Positions 13,666 through 13,899 of a DNA stretch of 13,899 bases are shown here, piece after piece (position 1 is the first letter of the stretch; each line of letters starts with the position of its first letter). The notes beneath the pieces were generated by a model, which did no database searches, had not been told where the DNA came from, and saw nothing but the letters and a program-made list of their open reading frames with translations. The DNA comes from Anaerolineae bacterium. GTDB taxonomy: Bacteria; Chloroflexota; Anaerolineae; Anaerolineales; Villigracilaceae. The stretch lies in contig JABGOQ010000018.1 in NCBI GenBank assembly GCA_018645405.1, positions 1 to 13,899 on the forward strand, read 5' to 3'. Made by a program: the position numbers and the translations under genes.

Positions 13666-13899
13666 ATGAAAAGAAGCAAAAGAAACCTTCGTGAACCCAT
13701 CCAAAACAGGTCGTTAATTCTCCTTTTAATTTTCCTTGTGACAATTATCATTACTACGGCCACCTTTTATATCAGTGCCTATGTTTCAGAAGAATATCAT
13801 CAACGTCTAGAAAACCAGAGCGCCCATCAAAGTCTCGGCGAAATTATTCTTTTAGAACTAACCCTTTTTGAAAATGAGCTTAATAACCATTGGTGCTAG
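13666..13899 (+). CDS. Small N-terminally membrane-anchored protein (77 aa), possibly the N-terminal module of a sensor protein
   Basis: Basic N-terminus (MKRSKRNLREP), one TM segment (LILLLIFLVTIIITTATFYISAY), then a helical polar region. The TAG stop falls on the last 3 nt of the window, so what follows is invisible. Confidence 0.4.
   Translation: MKRSKRNLREPIQNRSLILLLIFLVTIIITTATFYISAYVSEEYHQRLENQSAHQSLGEIILLELTLFENELNNHWC

Overview
This is a 13.9 kb bacterial chromosomal window. It is transcribed almost entirely on the minus strand from position 1 to about 12612, then switches strand at about 12630-12888 into a visibly more AT-rich right end. I found no rRNA, tRNA, CRISPR array, transposase or integrase.

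Reading in the minus-strand direction of transcription, the content is:
- TetR regulator (ATGA-coupled) with an AlkC/AlkD-type HEAT-repeat DNA glycosylase.
- A small ORF interrupted by an in-frame TAA, absent from the ORF track.
- A roughly 105 nt multi-stem structured element.
- An adenosine-deaminase-family gene, followed by a 60 aa remnant of a Rossmann epimerase gene.
- An SGNH-like plus LamG lipoprotein, followed by a terminator.
- A second TetR transcribed from an apparently leaderless promoter carrying an operator, then an EmrE-type SMR exporter, a 4-TM protein and a GT1 glycosyltransferase.
- A consensus promoter overlapped by a perfect 13 bp inverted repeat, then a frameshifted NAD-dependent epimerase/reductase, a HAD hydrolase and a quinone-oxidoreductase-like MDR dehydrogenase.
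- A REP-like hairpin and a terminator, then an EB_dh/DOMON-like lipoprotein, a terminator and a partial membrane protein.

On the plus strand at the right edge there is a ModA-like solute-binding lipoprotein, preceded by a 10-codon uORF, and a small membrane-anchored protein.

I cannot point to a recognisable defence or mobile system. The observations most worth following up are:
- the unclassified structured RNA candidate in front of add;
- the stop-interrupted small ORF;
- the orphan operator and promoter at 4549-4593;
- the TetR-SMR-4TM-GT1 operon as a possible combined efflux and glycosylation detoxification module;
- the TetR-coupled AlkC-like glycosylase.

Three independent gene lesions in 14 kb point either to gene decay or to assembly errors. 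All functional calls come from reading motifs by eye; no database search was run.
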